NCBI GenBank assembly: GCA_963767215.1
Contig: CAVYDE010000008.1
Location: 298,767 to 362,766, forward strand
DNA length: 64,000 bases
Reading direction: 5' to 3'
Source of the DNA: an uncultured Actinomycetota bacterium
Lineage (GTDB): Bacteria; Actinomycetota; Actinomycetes; Streptosporangiales; Streptosporangiaceae
The notes beneath the pieces were generated by a model that was given only the letters and a program-made list of their open reading frames with translations, was not told the origin of the DNA and ran no database searches. The first letter of the stretch is position 1; every line of letters starts with the position of its first letter. Of this stretch, positions 45,882-59,100 are shown in pieces. The position numbers and the translations under genes are program-made.

Positions 45882-45953
45882 CCAGGTCTGTCGGCCCCGC
45901 GGCCAGCGCGCCAGGGTAGGGTCGGCCGTGGCGCACTCTGCTTGCGAGAGGTT

Positions 45954-46673
45954 ATGACAAATCAGGACGAAAAGGTACCTGGCTACACCGCCGTACCAGC
46001 GGTCGGCCAGGCCGGGCCCGCCGATTCGCTTGGCGGGCAGATCCTGACCATCCCGAACCTCATCAGCTTGGCCAGGTTGCTCGGCGTGCCGGTGTTCCTG
46101 TGGCTGGTGCTGGGCGTGGACTCCACGACCGGCGACTGGTGGGCCGTCGGCCTGCTCATGGCCTCGGGATTCTCCGACTGGCTGGACGGCAAGATCGCCA
46201 GGGCGCTGAACCAGCAGAGCAGGCTCGGCCAGTTGCTGGACCCGGCCGCGGACCGGCTCTATATCGTCGCCACCCTGATCGCGCTGGCTGTGCGCTCGAT
46301 CATCCCGTGGTGGCTCGTCGGGCTGCTGGCGGCCAGGGAACTGCTGATGGCAGTGGTGCTGTGGCTCGTGCGGCGCAAGGGCTGGGGCGCGCTGCAAGTG
46401 AGCTTCGTCGGCAAGACGGCCACCCTTTGCCTGCTGTACGCGTTTCCGCTGCTCTTTCTGGGTTCGCACGTTGCCGGTTACGCGGAGACTGCAAGGGTGG
46501 CCGGTTGGACCTTCGTTATCTGGGGAAGTGCCCTGTACTGGTGCGCTGCTCTGCTGTACATCGCGCAGGCTCGGCGCTTGCTGGCCCTGGCCCCGGCCCT
46601 GACCCTGGTGAGCCAGGCGCAACGGGACTGTCGGCAGGTGAGAACGGCGGGTAACAGCAGCGGGCCTGGCTAG
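45954..46673 (+). CDS. CDP-alcohol phosphatidyltransferase (PgsA / eukaryotic-type cardiolipin synthase family)
   Basis: [28 protein letters not shown] equals the DGx2ARx8Gx3Dx3D motif. Start at ATG 45954 inside ORF 45807..46673. Confidence 0.85.
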   Translation: MTNQDEKVPGYTAVPAVGQAGPADSLGGQILTIPNLISLARLLGVPVFLWLVLGVDSTTGDWWAVGLLMASGFSDWLDGKIARALNQQSRLGQLLDPAADRLYIVATLIALAVRSIIPWWLVGLLAARELLMAVVLWLVRRKGWGALQVSFVGKTATLCLLYAFPLLFLGSHVAGYAETARVAGWTFVIWGSALYWCAALLYIAQARRLLALAPALTLVSQAQRDCRQVRTAGNSSGPG

Positions 46674-46708
46674 GCCGCGGTGAGCGGCAGGAGAGGAGAA
46701 CGGCGTCC

Positions 46709-49207
46709 GTGAAGGCTGTGGTGATGGCGGGCGGCGAGGGCACCAGGCTGCGCCCGATGACGGCCAATCAGCCCAAGCCAATGCTGCCCGTGGTGAACCG
46801 GCCGATCATGGAGCACGTGCTGCGACTGCTGCGCCGCCACGGCCTGACCGAGACCGTCGTTACCGTCCAGTTCCTCGCCTCGATGGTGCGCAACTATTTC
46901 GGCGACGGCGAAGACTTCGGCATGAGCCTGCAGTACGCCACCGAGGAGACGCCGCTCGGCACCGCCGGCAGCGTCAAGAACGCCGAGGACGCGCTGCGGG
47001 ACGAGCCGTTCCTGGTGATTTCCGGTGATGCGCTGACCGATTTCGACCTGTCCGACTTGATCAATTTCCATAAGGACAACAACGCGATGGTGACCGTCGC
47101 GCTGGCCAGGGTCCCTGACCCGCTCGAGTTCGGCATCGTCATCGTGGACGACGACGGCAAAATCCAGCGGTTCCTGGAGAAGCCGACCTGGGGCCAGGTG
47201 TTCTCCGACACCGTGAACACCGGCATCTACGTGATGGAGCCAGAAGTGCTCCAGCACGTCCCGGCCGGCCAGGTGGTCGACTGGTCCGCCGATGTGTTCC
47301 CCAAGCTGCTGGAGAACGGCGCGCCGCTGTTCGGCTGGATCGCAGACGGCTACTGGGAGGACGTCGGATCGCACGAGAGTTACCTCAAGGCGCAGGCCGA
47401 CGTGCTGACCGGCAAGGTCAACGTGCAGATCGACGGTTTCGAGGTGTCGCCGGGCGTCTGGGTCGCCGACAGCGCCGAGGTGGACCAGGACACCGTGCTG
47501 ACCGGGCCGTTGTGCATCGGCGACTACGCCAAGATCGAGGCTGGCGCGCAACTGCGCGAGTTCACCGTCATCGGCAGCAACGTCATCGTCAAGGAAGGTG
47601 CCTTCCTGCACCGGGCGATCGTGCACAACAACGTGTACATCGGCCGCGGTGCCACCCTGCGCGGCTGCGTGGTCGGCAAGAACACCGACGTGATGAGCCA
47701 GGCCAGGATCGAGGAAGGCGCGGTCGTCGGGGACGAGTGCGTGATCGAGCCCGACAGCTATGTGTCGGCCGGGGTCAAGGTCTACCCGTTCAAGACCATC
47801 GAGGCCGGCGCGGTCGTCAACACCAGCGTCATCTGGGAATCGCGCGGGCAGCGCACGCTGTTCGGCCCGCGCGGCGTATCCGGCCTCGTCAACGTGGAGA
47901 TCACCGCGGAACTCTGCGTCCGGCTGGCCAGCGCCTACGCGACCACGCTGAAGAAGGGCTCGGTCGTGACCACCTCGCGCGACGCGTCCCGCGCGGCCAG
48001 GGCGCTGAAGCGTGCTGTGCACGGCGCGCTGAATGCCAGCGCGATCAACGTGGTCGACCTCGAGGCACAGCCGATGCCGCTGGCCAGGTTCGAGACCGCG
48101 CGCAGCGACTGCAGCGGCGGGATCGCGCTGCGCACTACGCCGGGCGACCCGCAGTCGCTGGACATCATCTTCATGGACTCCGATGGCGCGGACCTGTCCC
48201 AGTCGGCACAGCGCAAGCTGGAGCGGGTGTTCTCCCGGCAGGAGTACCGGCGTGCCTTCCCTGGCGAGATCGCCGAGCTGTCCTATCCGCCCAGGGTGAT
48301 CGAGGCCTACACGCATGAATTGCTGCGGTCGGTCGATATGACGGGCGTGTCCGGCGCCGGACTGCGGGTAGTCGCCGATTGCGCGGGCGGCACCACGTCA
48401 CTGGTCCTGCCAGGCCTGCTCGGCAAGATCGGCCTCGACGTGCTGACGGTGAACAACCGGCTCGACGAGGCTTCGCCCACCCAGTCGGTGGCCGCGGTCC
48501 GAGCTGACATGCACAGGCTGGCCGAGCTGGTGTCCTCGTTCGGGGCAGCATTCGGCGTCAGGTTCGATCCGGTGGGCGAGCGGATCGCGCTGGTGGACGA
48601 CAAGGGCTCGATGGTCAGCGACGACCGGGCCCTGCTGGTAGTGCTGGACCTGATCGCAGCGGAGAAGCGCGGCGGCCGGGTCGCACTGCCCGTCACGACC
48701 ACCAGGGTGGCCGAGGAAGTCAGCCGGTTCCACAACGTTCAGGTGGACTGGACGCCGACGTCGCTCCACAGCCTGTACGAGGCGGCGGCGAACCCGGACA
48801 TGATCTTCGCCGCCGACGGCAAGGGCGGCTTCATCGTGCCGGCCTTCTCCCGCTCCATCGACGGGATCGCGGCGTTCGCGCAATTGCTCGGCCTGGTCGC
48901 GCGTACCAGGCTGACGCTCAGCCAGATCGAGGCCAGGATCCCCGAGGCCAATCTGCTCAAGCGCTCGCTGCCCACGCCCTGGGCGGCCAAGGGCATGGTC
49001 ATGCGCACGGTCGTCGAGGCCGCCGGAGACAAGCAGATCGACACCACCGACGGGGTCAGGGTCATCGAGGACGGCAAGGGCTGGATCCTGGTGCTGCCCG
49101 ACCCGTCCGACGCAGTCACCCACCTGTGGGCCGAGGGGTCGGACGCGGACACCGCTCAGTCCCTGCTGGACGAGTGGGCAGCCGTCGTTGAGCGGGCCGG
49201 CCGCTGA
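46709..49207 (+). CDS. bifunctional sugar-1-phosphate nucleotidyltransferase / phosphomannomutase-like protein
   Basis: [28 protein letters not shown] nucleotidyltransferase motif, a left-handed beta-helix region, then a phosphohexomutase-like C-terminal half. 832 aa, as in Streptomyces ManB-type proteins adjacent to cardiolipin synthase. Confidence 0.9.
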   Translation: MKAVVMAGGEGTRLRPMTANQPKPMLPVVNRPIMEHVLRLLRRHGLTETVVTVQFLASMVRNYFGDGEDFGMSLQYATEETPLGTAGSVKNAEDALRDEPFLVISGDALTDFDLSDLINFHKDNNAMVTVALARVPDPLEFGIVIVDDDGKIQRFLEKPTWGQVFSDTVNTGIYVMEPEVLQHVPAGQVVDWSADVFPKLLENGAPLFGWIADGYWEDVGSHESYLKAQADVLTGKVNVQIDGFEVSPGVWVADSAEVDQDTVLTGPLCIGDYAKIEAGAQLREFTVIGSNVIVKEGAFLHRAIVHNNVYIGRGATLRGCVVGKNTDVMSQARIEEGAVVGDECVIEPDSYVSAGVKVYPFKTIEAGAVVNTSVIWESRGQRTLFGPRGVSGLVNVEITAELCVRLASAYATTLKKGSVVTTSRDASRAARALKRAVHGALNASAINVVDLEAQPMPLARFETARSDCSGGIALRTTPGDPQSLDIIFMDSDGADLSQSAQRKLERVFSRQEYRRAFPGEIAELSYPPRVIEAYTHELLRSVDMTGVSGAGLRVVADCAGGTTSLVLPGLLGKIGLDVLTVNNRLDEASPTQSVAAVRADMHRLAELVSSFGAAFGVRFDPVGERIALVDDKGSMVSDDRALLVVLDLIAAEKRGGRVALPVTTTRVAEEVSRFHNVQVDWTPTSLHSLYEAAANPDMIFAADGKGGFIVPAFSRSIDGIAAFAQLLGLVARTRLTLSQIEARIPEANLLKRSLPTPWAAKGMVMRTVVEAAGDKQIDTTDGVRVIEDGKGWILVLPDPSDAVTHLWAEGSDADTAQSLLDEWAAVVERAGR

Positions 49208-49775
49208 CTGCTGGCCGTTGACTGGCCATCGGCTCGTGGCAGCTGACTGTGCCGCGCTGTCGCGCTGGAGGCTCGCGGTCGGTGCGATCGGGACTTACTA
49301 AGTTTCCAGCGGTATACCAGCTGAATCCATGCTCATGCCGGGCGAATCTATCGAGCGCGATGCGGTCGGTCGGCTAGCTGAGACCGTGTCAGCTACGCTG
49401 CGTGATCGAACGCCCCGATCTCGCTAGCTCAGCCGCTCTGACTGGCCGCGAGAACGCTGCGAACCGTGAGACAATCGCCGCTCAGGTGTGACGCATAACG
49501 GAGGTGCGGCCGACATGTGGCGACGGCGCCGCGACGACGCTCGTGCGATCTCCGGCAGGCCGGAGAACCAAGGGGGCGGCGCCTCAGGCACAGGTCTCCG
49601 GCCGGTCTCGGCCGGGCGCGGAGGACGCCGCGTTGGCCGCGCGTGGCGCAAGGACCGCCGCGGGTCCGCGCAGGTAGCGTTGACGGTGCCACCAGATTTC
49701 GCGCGAATCCCTGCAGCGGCAGGCGCGGTCCCGGCGCCAGCTGCTCATCCGACGAACGGGAGGCTCGGCGATCTG

Positions 49776-50313
49776 ATGCCCAGCGTTTTCTGCACCGCAT
49801 GCGGCGAGGAAAATCCGGACGGCGCACGGTACTGTGCCCGCTGCGGCACCGCCTTGGTCCGCCGGGACCGGGTAGCCGATACCACGTCGACGATTTCGCT
49901 GGCCGGCAGCGACCTGGATCCTGACCAGGGCGACGAGCTCGGCGCGGATGCCGCGGCGGTGGCCGCGCTGCCGCCCGGCAGCGCACTGCTGTCGGTGCGC
50001 CGCGGGCCGAACGCTGGTGCCAGGTTCCTGCTCAACAGCGACCTGACCTTGGTCGGCCGCCACCCGGACAGCGATATCTTCCTGGACGACGTGACAGTGT
50101 CCCGTCGCCACGCGGAGTTCTACCGGCAAGGCAGCAGGTTCACGGTGCGCGACGTCGGCAGCCTGAACGGCACCTACGTCAACCGTGAGCGGATCGAGGA
50201 AGCCGTGCTGAACGAGGGCGATGAGGTTCAGGTCGGCAAGTTCCGGCTCGTGTTCCTGCTCGGACCGAGGTCGCACGGCCGAGTATGGCGGAGGCTCGCA
50301 GGTCAGGGGATGA
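49776..50313 (+). CDS. FHA domain protein (GarA/OdhI-like) with N-terminal zinc ribbon; C-terminal frame uncertain
   Basis: [20 protein letters not shown] ribbon. FHA core [48 protein letters not shown]...[18 protein letters not shown] before ATG 49776. No in-frame stop before the MerR gene. Confidence 0.75.
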
Positions 50314-51438
50314 GTGTTCAGCCTGCCCGCGGATATCTCGGCATCAGCGAGGTTCTCGCCCAGCTCCGTCCTGACTTTGCTGACATCAGCGTGTCCAAGA
50401 TCAGGTTCCTGGAGACCGAGGGCCTGATCACCCCGGCCAGGTCGCCGTGCGGCTACCGGCGGTTCTGCGCGGCCGACGTGGAGAGGCTCAGATTCATCCT
50501 GGCCGCGCAGCGCGACCAGTACCTGCCGCTGCGCGTGATCAAGGACCGGCTCGATCGGCTTGATCAGGGCGCGGTCACAGACGCACAGGCCGCCGCGCCG
50601 GGCCTAGCGTCGTCCGGCCTCGGCAGGCCCGGCCAGGGAACGGTCGGGCAGGGCGCGGCCACCGTACCTGGGGGCAATGCCGGCCGCCGGGTGACCAGCG
50701 CGACGGTGGCAGCCGGAGCGGCACGGGTGACGGCTACGGCAGGTCAGGCGTGCCCCCGCAGTCCTCGCAACCTGGTGCCCGCGCCCGCGGGGCCAGCTGG
50801 CCAGCGGATCGCAGTCAGCCAGGCCACGGCCAGCCCGCCGACTACCGGCAGCCTCCCGGTCTCGCCGATGCCTCGGGTCGCGGCCAGCGCGGTGCAGAGA
50901 GCCCTGCGGCCGGCTACCGCGAGCCCGACGGCCGCGGCCGGGCCAGGGCCGGCTATGGCGGTGCCGGGCAGGAACCGGCCGGCCGCCTGCTGACCAGGCG
51001 TGACCTCATTGAAACGGCCGGGATCACCGAGGCGCTGCTGACCGAGCTTGACACCTTCGGGCTGCTCCGGCGCGAGGGCCGCCATTACGGCGCCGACGCG
51101 CTGGAGGTAGCAAGGACCGCGGTCGCGCTGACCGCCTACGGCGTCGAGGCGCGGCACTTGCGCGCCGTTCGTGCGGCCGCTGAACGGGAAACGGCCATGA
51201 TCGAGAGCCTTGTCGCGCCGATCTTGCGGCAGCGTGCCAAGGGTGCGGCGAGCTGGCTGGCCGGACCGCAGGCGAGCTGTCCGACCTGGTCCTCAGGCTG
51301 CATTGCGCGCTTGTCGACGGGGCCCTGGCCGAGGCCGGGCTGGCCGGAGCCGGGCCTGGCCGCGGCCGGGCTCAGCGGGGTCGGCATCGCCGGGACCGGG
51401 GTCACCCCCGATCAGCGGCAGGTCCCGCGTGGCATTGA
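50310..51438 (+). pseudogene. MerR family regulator (Rv1828/FtsR-like), spread over three frames
   Basis: [43 protein letters not shown] (HTH) is in the frame of ORF 49488..50993. [27 protein letters not shown]...EARHLRAVRAAAERETAMIESLVAPILRQR is in the frame of ORF 50750..51454. ELAGRTAGELSDLVLRLHCALVDGAL is in a third frame ending at TGA 51436-51438. Confidence 0.65.
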
Positions 51439-51626
51439 GGGAGCTAGCGCATGATCGCTGCGGCCCGGCGCTGCTGGCGGCTGGCGTTTGGCCCTGACCG
51501 TGCGCTGGCCCCAAGCGATTACGGGTGTACGTTGACAAAGGGAGTGCGTGCTGGCGGAAGGGGAATGCCAGTAGGCAGATCCGCAAGGAACCGCAGCGCC
51601 CAGGCGCGGATAGAGACGGAGCCGCC

Positions 51627-52097
51627 GTGAGGCAGATGGAGGTCGTCGGCGTCCGGGTGGAGATGGCCACGAATAACCCCATCGTCCTGCTCAAGGAGGC
51701 CGAAGGGGAGCGCTACCTGCCGATCTGGATCGGTCCGAACGAGGCGACTGCCATCGCCTTCGCTCAGCAGGGAATGGTCCCTCAGCGACCGCTGACGCAT
51801 GACCTGATGCGTGACATGCTGGAGGCACTGCAGGTCCGGCTGACGACGGTCAACATCACCGCATTGCGGGACGGCATCTTCTTCGCTGACCTGATCTTCT
51901 CCAACGGGCGGGAGGTCAGCGCCAGGCCGTCAGATTCCATTGCGCTGGCGCTCCGTACTGGCGCGTCGATCTACGTCCGCGAGGAGATCCTGGACGAGGC
52001 GGGCGTCGCGATTCCCGACGAGCAAGAGGACGAGGTCGAGAAGTTCAGGGAATTCCTGGACTCGATCACGCCGGAGGACTTCGGCCGATCCACCTGA
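51627..52097 (+). CDS. bifunctional nuclease family protein (DUF151, Rv1829-like)
   Basis: VVGVRVEMATNNPIVLLKEAEGERYLPIWIGPNEATAIAFAQQG...RPLTHDLM. GTG 51627 (or ATG 51636) start. Confidence 0.85.
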   Translation: MRQMEVVGVRVEMATNNPIVLLKEAEGERYLPIWIGPNEATAIAFAQQGMVPQRPLTHDLMRDMLEALQVRLTTVNITALRDGIFFADLIFSNGREVSARPSDSIALALRTGASIYVREEILDEAGVAIPDEQEDEVEKFREFLDSITPEDFGRST

Positions 52098-52242
52098 CCT
52101 GCTCAGCGGCTGCCCTCCAAGCCGTCTTGGCCGTCCGGGCTGACCTGCACGGCCATCCCGATATGGCCGCCCATATGTGGTCTGATCGAGACCGCGACGC
52201 GCCGCGTGAGATCGTTGACGTGGCTACTCTCAGCGGCCTAAC

Positions 52243-52905
52243 GTGCGAGAGGTGTACCCAGGCAACCGGCGCCCTGGGCCGAAGGTGGGTGTGGCGGTGA
52301 CAAGAGGCGACGGAGCTGCGCCGAACGCGCGCCCAGCCTCCGCTCGGTCGGCTAGCAATGCGCGGTCGGCTGGCGAGCAGCAGCTGCTCTTCGGCGAGTC
52401 GGTCGACGCACTGGCCGAGGATCTGGGTTACCGCGGGCCGACCGCCTGCTCGGCCGCCGGAATCACCTACCGCCAGCTTGACTACTGGGCCAGGACCGGT
52501 CTGGTCGAGCCCAGTATCCGCGCCGCCAGCGGGTCAGGCACACAACGACTGTACGGTTTCCGTGACATTCTGGTACTAAAGGTAGTAAAGCGCCTGCTGG
52601 ACACAGGAATCTCGCTCCAGCAAATCAGAGCCGCAGTCCAGCATCTGCGCGAGCGCGGGTCGGCCGATCTTGCCAGGATCACCCTGATGAGCGACGGCGT
52701 CAGCGTCTATGAGTGCACCTCTCCAGATGAGGTAGTCGATTTGCTGCAGGGCGGCCAAGGCGTATTCGGCATTGCGCTCGGCCGGGTCTGGCAAGAGGTC
52801 GAGGGCTCGCTCGCCGCCCTGCCCTCCGAGCGCGCCGAAGACGAGCCAGCGCCGGTCAGCGCGTCAGACGAACTGGCCAGCCGCCGGGTGCGCAAGACAG
52901 GCTGA
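52243..52905 (+). CDS. MerR family transcriptional regulator (Rv1830-like)
   Basis: YRGPTACSAAGITYRQLDYWARTGLVEPSIRAASGSGTQRLYGFRDILVLKVVKRLLDTGISLQQIR. Start uncertain. Confidence 0.85.
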   Translation: MREVYPGNRRPGPKVGVAVTRGDGAAPNARPASARSASNARSAGEQQLLFGESVDALAEDLGYRGPTACSAAGITYRQLDYWARTGLVEPSIRAASGSGTQRLYGFRDILVLKVVKRLLDTGISLQQIRAAVQHLRERGSADLARITLMSDGVSVYECTSPDEVVDLLQGGQGVFGIALGRVWQEVEGSLAALPSERAEDEPAPVSASDELASRRVRKTG

Positions 52906-52954
52906 GCACCACCCGCCGGCGCGGACTTGGTCGGCCTGGGCTTGGGCGGTTCGG

Positions 52955-53923
52955 CTACGGCGTGCGGGCGATGATCCCCGGAACCGGCCGCCCGGTCTTC
53001 AAAGCCGCGGCAATGTCTGCTAGTACCTGCTGCTGTTCGTTGCTGAGCTGGCCGGGGCTGATATGCAGAACCCGGATCCCGGCGGCCGTCATCGTCCGAT
53101 GGCGGCGCATGGTGTGCTCCCAGTCTTCAGGCAGCAAGTGGAACTGCTTGCTGTCGACTTCCGCGGCCAGGCCGGCCTCGGGCCACCAAGCGTCAGGCCT
53201 GGCGAGAAACTCCCCGTTCAGGTAGAGGTCGTGGTTGAAGAGCGGCATGGGCAGGCGTGACTTGATGATCAGCGCTCGCAGGTCGCCTTCTGGCGCCGAC
53301 CGGATCCCGTCCGCTACCTCGGCCAGCACTGACCGCAGCAATGTGGCGCCCCGGCGCCGGCCATCCCGTAACTCGCTGGCCAGTTGGTCGACCGTGCACA
53401 GGCGCTGCTGAACTGCGCTGCCGACAACGGTGCGAGCGTCGGCAACACTGAGCGAGCCGCGCACCGTGTCGGCCACCGCCCGGGCCGGCAGCGCGTACTG
53501 AACCGCCGTGTCCTGGCTCCAGGACCTCGGCATCCTGCGCGTCCGGTGGAATAAGGCGAAGCCGCGGCTAGCCAACTGGCGGTGTTCAGGAATCAGTACG
53601 TCCACGAATCCCGATTGCGGACCGCGGATGCGGTAGAAGCGCAGCGCAGCCGGGCCGGTGACGAAGCTGTCCGAGCCCGCGTACAGCACGGCTGCGGTCT
53701 CCCGCTGCTGGCGGGACGGCTGGCCGGTGGACATCAGGTAGACGCCGGGCAGCAGCCGCTGCCACGGTCCGGACGGCCTGATCCGGTGCCGCAGGCCGCC
53801 GTCGGAGATGCCAGCCCGGCCGGCCTGCTCCCGGCTGATGACGCCGCGCTGGCTCACCGCTAACCAGGCGAGGTAGTCGTCGTCGGGCTTCATGGCGGCC
53901 AGAATGCCAGCCAAGTCCGACAA
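52955..53923 (-). CDS. AbiEi_4-like N-terminal / DUF559 endonuclease-like C-terminal domain protein
   Basis: [22 protein letters not shown]...GPAALRFY N-terminal pattern and C-terminal [40 protein letters not shown]. Confidence 0.65.
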   Translation of the reverse strand: MSDLAGILAAMKPDDDYLAWLAVSQRGVISREQAGRAGISDGGLRHRIRPSGPWQRLLPGVYLMSTGQPSRQQRETAAVLYAGSDSFVTGPAALRFYRIRGPQSGFVDVLIPEHRQLASRGFALFHRTRRMPRSWSQDTAVQYALPARAVADTVRGSLSVADARTVVGSAVQQRLCTVDQLASELRDGRRRGATLLRSVLAEVADGIRSAPEGDLRALIIKSRLPMPLFNHDLYLNGEFLARPDAWWPEAGLAAEVDSKQFHLLPEDWEHTMRRHRTMTAAGIRVLHISPGQLSNEQQQVLADIAAALKTGRPVPGIIARTP

Positions 53924-54125
53924 ATACCCGGACTGCGGGGATCTGCTGCACCCCTGACTACAGTACTTTCACACAGTCGGCCCAAACCCCTCAGCGCGCG
54001 CGGCGATATGGCGTTGAGTGCGGCTTATGTGAAAGCACAAGCGCAGCTCGCCGATCGCGAGCGCCTACTCGGCCGGTCTGGAACGGCATCGAGCGCGTCT
54101 CGGGTAGGCTTCGGTCTGCTGAACA

Positions 54126-54290
54126 CACCACCGGGAGAGTCTTCGCGCAGCCAGCGCGAGGCGCCGAAGGGGCAACCTCCCCGGAACCTCTCAGGCACCC
54201 AGGACCGGGCGGTGTACGCACTCTGAAGCCCGCGCGCGAGCGGGTCGACAGAGGGGGAGTCAGTCACCGTGCACACGCGGGCGCCAGCCC
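54126..54290 (+). promoter_or_regulatory. glycine riboswitch (one clear aptamer plus downstream stem-loops) in the gcvP leader
   Basis: CACCACCGGGAGAGTCTTCGCGCAGCCAGCGCGAGGCGCCGAAGGGGCAACCTCCCCGGAACCTCTCAGGCACCCAGGACCGGGCGGTG carries the conserved GGAGAG ... CGCCGAAGGGGCAA ... CUCAGGCA...GGAC elements. Lies directly upstream of gcvP. Confidence 0.8.
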
Positions 54291-54306
54291 GCCTGGGGAG
54301 GCTCCC

Positions 54307-57147
<2,841 letters not shown>

Positions 57148-57246
57148 TCAGTCGGCGTCGTCGGCGGGCTCGCGGCACCGAGCCAGAGCGGCCGGCAGCG
57201 CCTCCGGCCGGAGTGGGCTGCGACCGCAAGGTCACCATGCCGACAG

Positions 57247-57276
57247 GGCCCGCCGGGAAGTGGAGCCCGGCGGGCC
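57247..57276. terminator. GC hairpin between convergent gcvP and the LOX-like gene
   Basis: GGCCCGCCGGG-aagtggag-CCCGGCGGGCC, an 11-bp perfect stem. Confidence 0.45.
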
Positions 57277-57295
57277 GCGCAGACGGTGGGCCGGC

Positions 57296-58849
57296 CTAGT
57301 GTTCCGCGTCCAGTCCGTGCCACGCGGGGACCCGGACCGTGCGATGGCCGGGCTTTCCGCTGATGATGACCTTGCGGAGCGAGATGTCGTTAGCCGAACT
57401 CACCTCGTGCAGCAGGTGCTCAGGGTTAGCGATGATCTCGATGTAGTAGGTGCCGTCCGGCAGCTGAGTGATGTCGAACGACTGGTGCGGAACCTGCTGC
57501 TCGTAGGTGTCACCCCAGCCGAGTGGCAGCAGTTCCTGCACCCAGAGCGCGGTCTGCTGCCCGCAGTTGCCGACGATGCCCGTGTACTGCGGCTGCCAGG
57601 TAGCGCCGCGCAGCAGCATGTCGACGCCGTCGGTGGGCGCAATGCAGAACCCGATCTTCTGGCTGACGACGACAGTCTTCTTGTGGGCGTTGAGCAGCCG
57701 GTACTGCGCGAACTGCTGGAAATGCCAGCTGTTGTATTCGGAGAATCCCATGGTCCCCACCGGCGCCCGCCCGATGAGATGCCCGTTCTGCCAGAAATAC
57801 TGGTATGCGCGCATGAGGTCGGACCCGTTGTTCCTGAATCCCTCGACGTCGAGCTTAGCGTGCCCGGCGATCCAAACGGTGGCGCCGAAATCCAGATAGC
57901 CGGTGCCGCTCTTTTGGTTGGTCACCGAGATTCCCCAGGACGGCAGCGGAATGAGATCAGGCAGTGTGTCAGCCGGCGGCTTGCTGAGCGTGGGTACCGC
58001 GGGCAGGCTCCGGAGCGCCGGATGCGCTGCCCCGGCGGCGTGGCTTGTCGTGGCGGCGACGAAGTGCTCGGGGACAGGTGCCACACGTGCCGCGTCGCAG
58101 CATCCCTCCGGGCTACAGCACTGCGAGGCGTTGATGACCTTCATCGTGACGCTGGCCGTCGCATCACGGGCGGCGATGCCGAACAGGTGCTGGTACGTCG
58201 GCTCGATGCTCTCGGAGAGCTTGTAGGTGCCGAGGCCGAGCTTGTAGCCGCGGAAGTCGACAGGGTCAGCTGCCCAGCCTCGGGCCAGGCCCCAGACCTC
58301 GCCCAGGGAGAACGGGTCAGAGGCTGAGCATTGGTTGGGATAGCGCGAGGTCAGCGCGCTGTCAGCGGTCGCGCGCGACAGTTCGAAGCCGGCCGGGCAG
58401 AAGGTGAGGCTGTTGCTGGCGACGACTTTGCCCTTGCTGTTGCGGATCGTGATCTTCAGGAAGTGCCGCAGCCCGGTCCACCGCGCCAGTATTTGCGGCG
58501 GGAGCACGCGCCGCTGCGTCGTCACGCCCTGCAGGTTCTTGATCACCTGGGTGACCGTGAGCGGCCTGGTGTAACTTGCGCGGGCAACGTTCAGCTGAAA
58601 CGCGCCGCCAAGCGAAGCCACCCAGATGCCCGGGTCAACAAAGACCTCCTTGCCGAACCTTGCCACCTCGATCTTGTCCTGCGCGGCGATGAGCTTGATC
58701 CTCGGAGGCTGCGGAGCCGCGGCAAGCCGGGCGGCGCTATGGGCCGCCGGAGTGCCAACCGAGAAGATGCCGAAGACCAGCACTCCGAGTGCGACAGCTA
58801 ATGCAAAGACGCGCGATCGTGTTGAGACGAGTTCCTGCAATCTGCTCAC
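57296..58849 (-). CDS. secreted lysyl-oxidase-like domain protein
   Basis: N-terminal TM/signal. C-terminal ~200 aa align by eye to the LOX catalytic domain: LPDLIPLP, QKIGFCIAPTD (cf. HKASFCLEDT), GWGDTYEQQVPHQSFDITQLPDGTYYIEIIANP (cf. [32 protein letters not shown]). Confidence 0.65.
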   Translation of the reverse strand: MSRLQELVSTRSRVFALAVALGVLVFGIFSVGTPAAHSAARLAAAPQPPRIKLIAAQDKIEVARFGKEVFVDPGIWVASLGGAFQLNVARASYTRPLTVTQVIKNLQGVTTQRRVLPPQILARWTGLRHFLKITIRNSKGKVVASNSLTFCPAGFELSRATADSALTSRYPNQCSASDPFSLGEVWGLARGWAADPVDFRGYKLGLGTYKLSESIEPTYQHLFGIAARDATASVTMKVINASQCCSPEGCCDAARVAPVPEHFVAATTSHAAGAAHPALRSLPAVPTLSKPPADTLPDLIPLPSWGISVTNQKSGTGYLDFGATVWIAGHAKLDVEGFRNNGSDLMRAYQYFWQNGHLIGRAPVGTMGFSEYNSWHFQQFAQYRLLNAHKKTVVVSQKIGFCIAPTDGVDMLLRGATWQPQYTGIVGNCGQQTALWVQELLPLGWGDTYEQQVPHQSFDITQLPDGTYYIEIIANPEHLLHEVSSANDISLRKVIISGKPGHRTVRVPAWHGLDAEH

Positions 58850-59100
58850 CGTTGCCTCCCGTTGGCGGACGAAGGCCGCCCGCCTGAGCCGATGGCTCCG
58901 CCACTTTAGACTCGCGCTAGGCAGTAAACAGTTGCCTTTTCGCGCGGTTAGTTACCGATTCGTGATGTGGGATTCTTGACCAGTTGCCGGGTCGGCCTGA
59001 TGGTGCGCGACAGCCCCTGCCAGCGTGGCGCCGAGCTCGGGCCCGGCAGACTCTCGCATGCGCAGCCACCGCGACACCTGAGCCGAGATCGGAGCGAACT

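Noticed and set aside
45837-46781. N-terminal 315 codons of the 787-aa ORF 44418..46781
   Set aside because: This part is antisense to the CDP-alcohol phosphatidyltransferase gene and has nonsense composition. The real gene starts at ATG 45836 with a lipoprotein signal.
46670-48316. 548-aa minus-strand ORF
   Set aside because: Antisense to the strongly supported nucleotidyltransferase/phosphomannomutase gene. It has a low-complexity, Arg/Asp/Gly/His-rich translation.
52955-53923. AbiEi/DUF559 protein as part of an AbiE-type toxin-antitoxin or defence system
   Set aside because: There is no adjacent AbiEii-type nucleotidyltransferase or any other defence gene. This standalone architecture is common in actinobacterial chromosomes.
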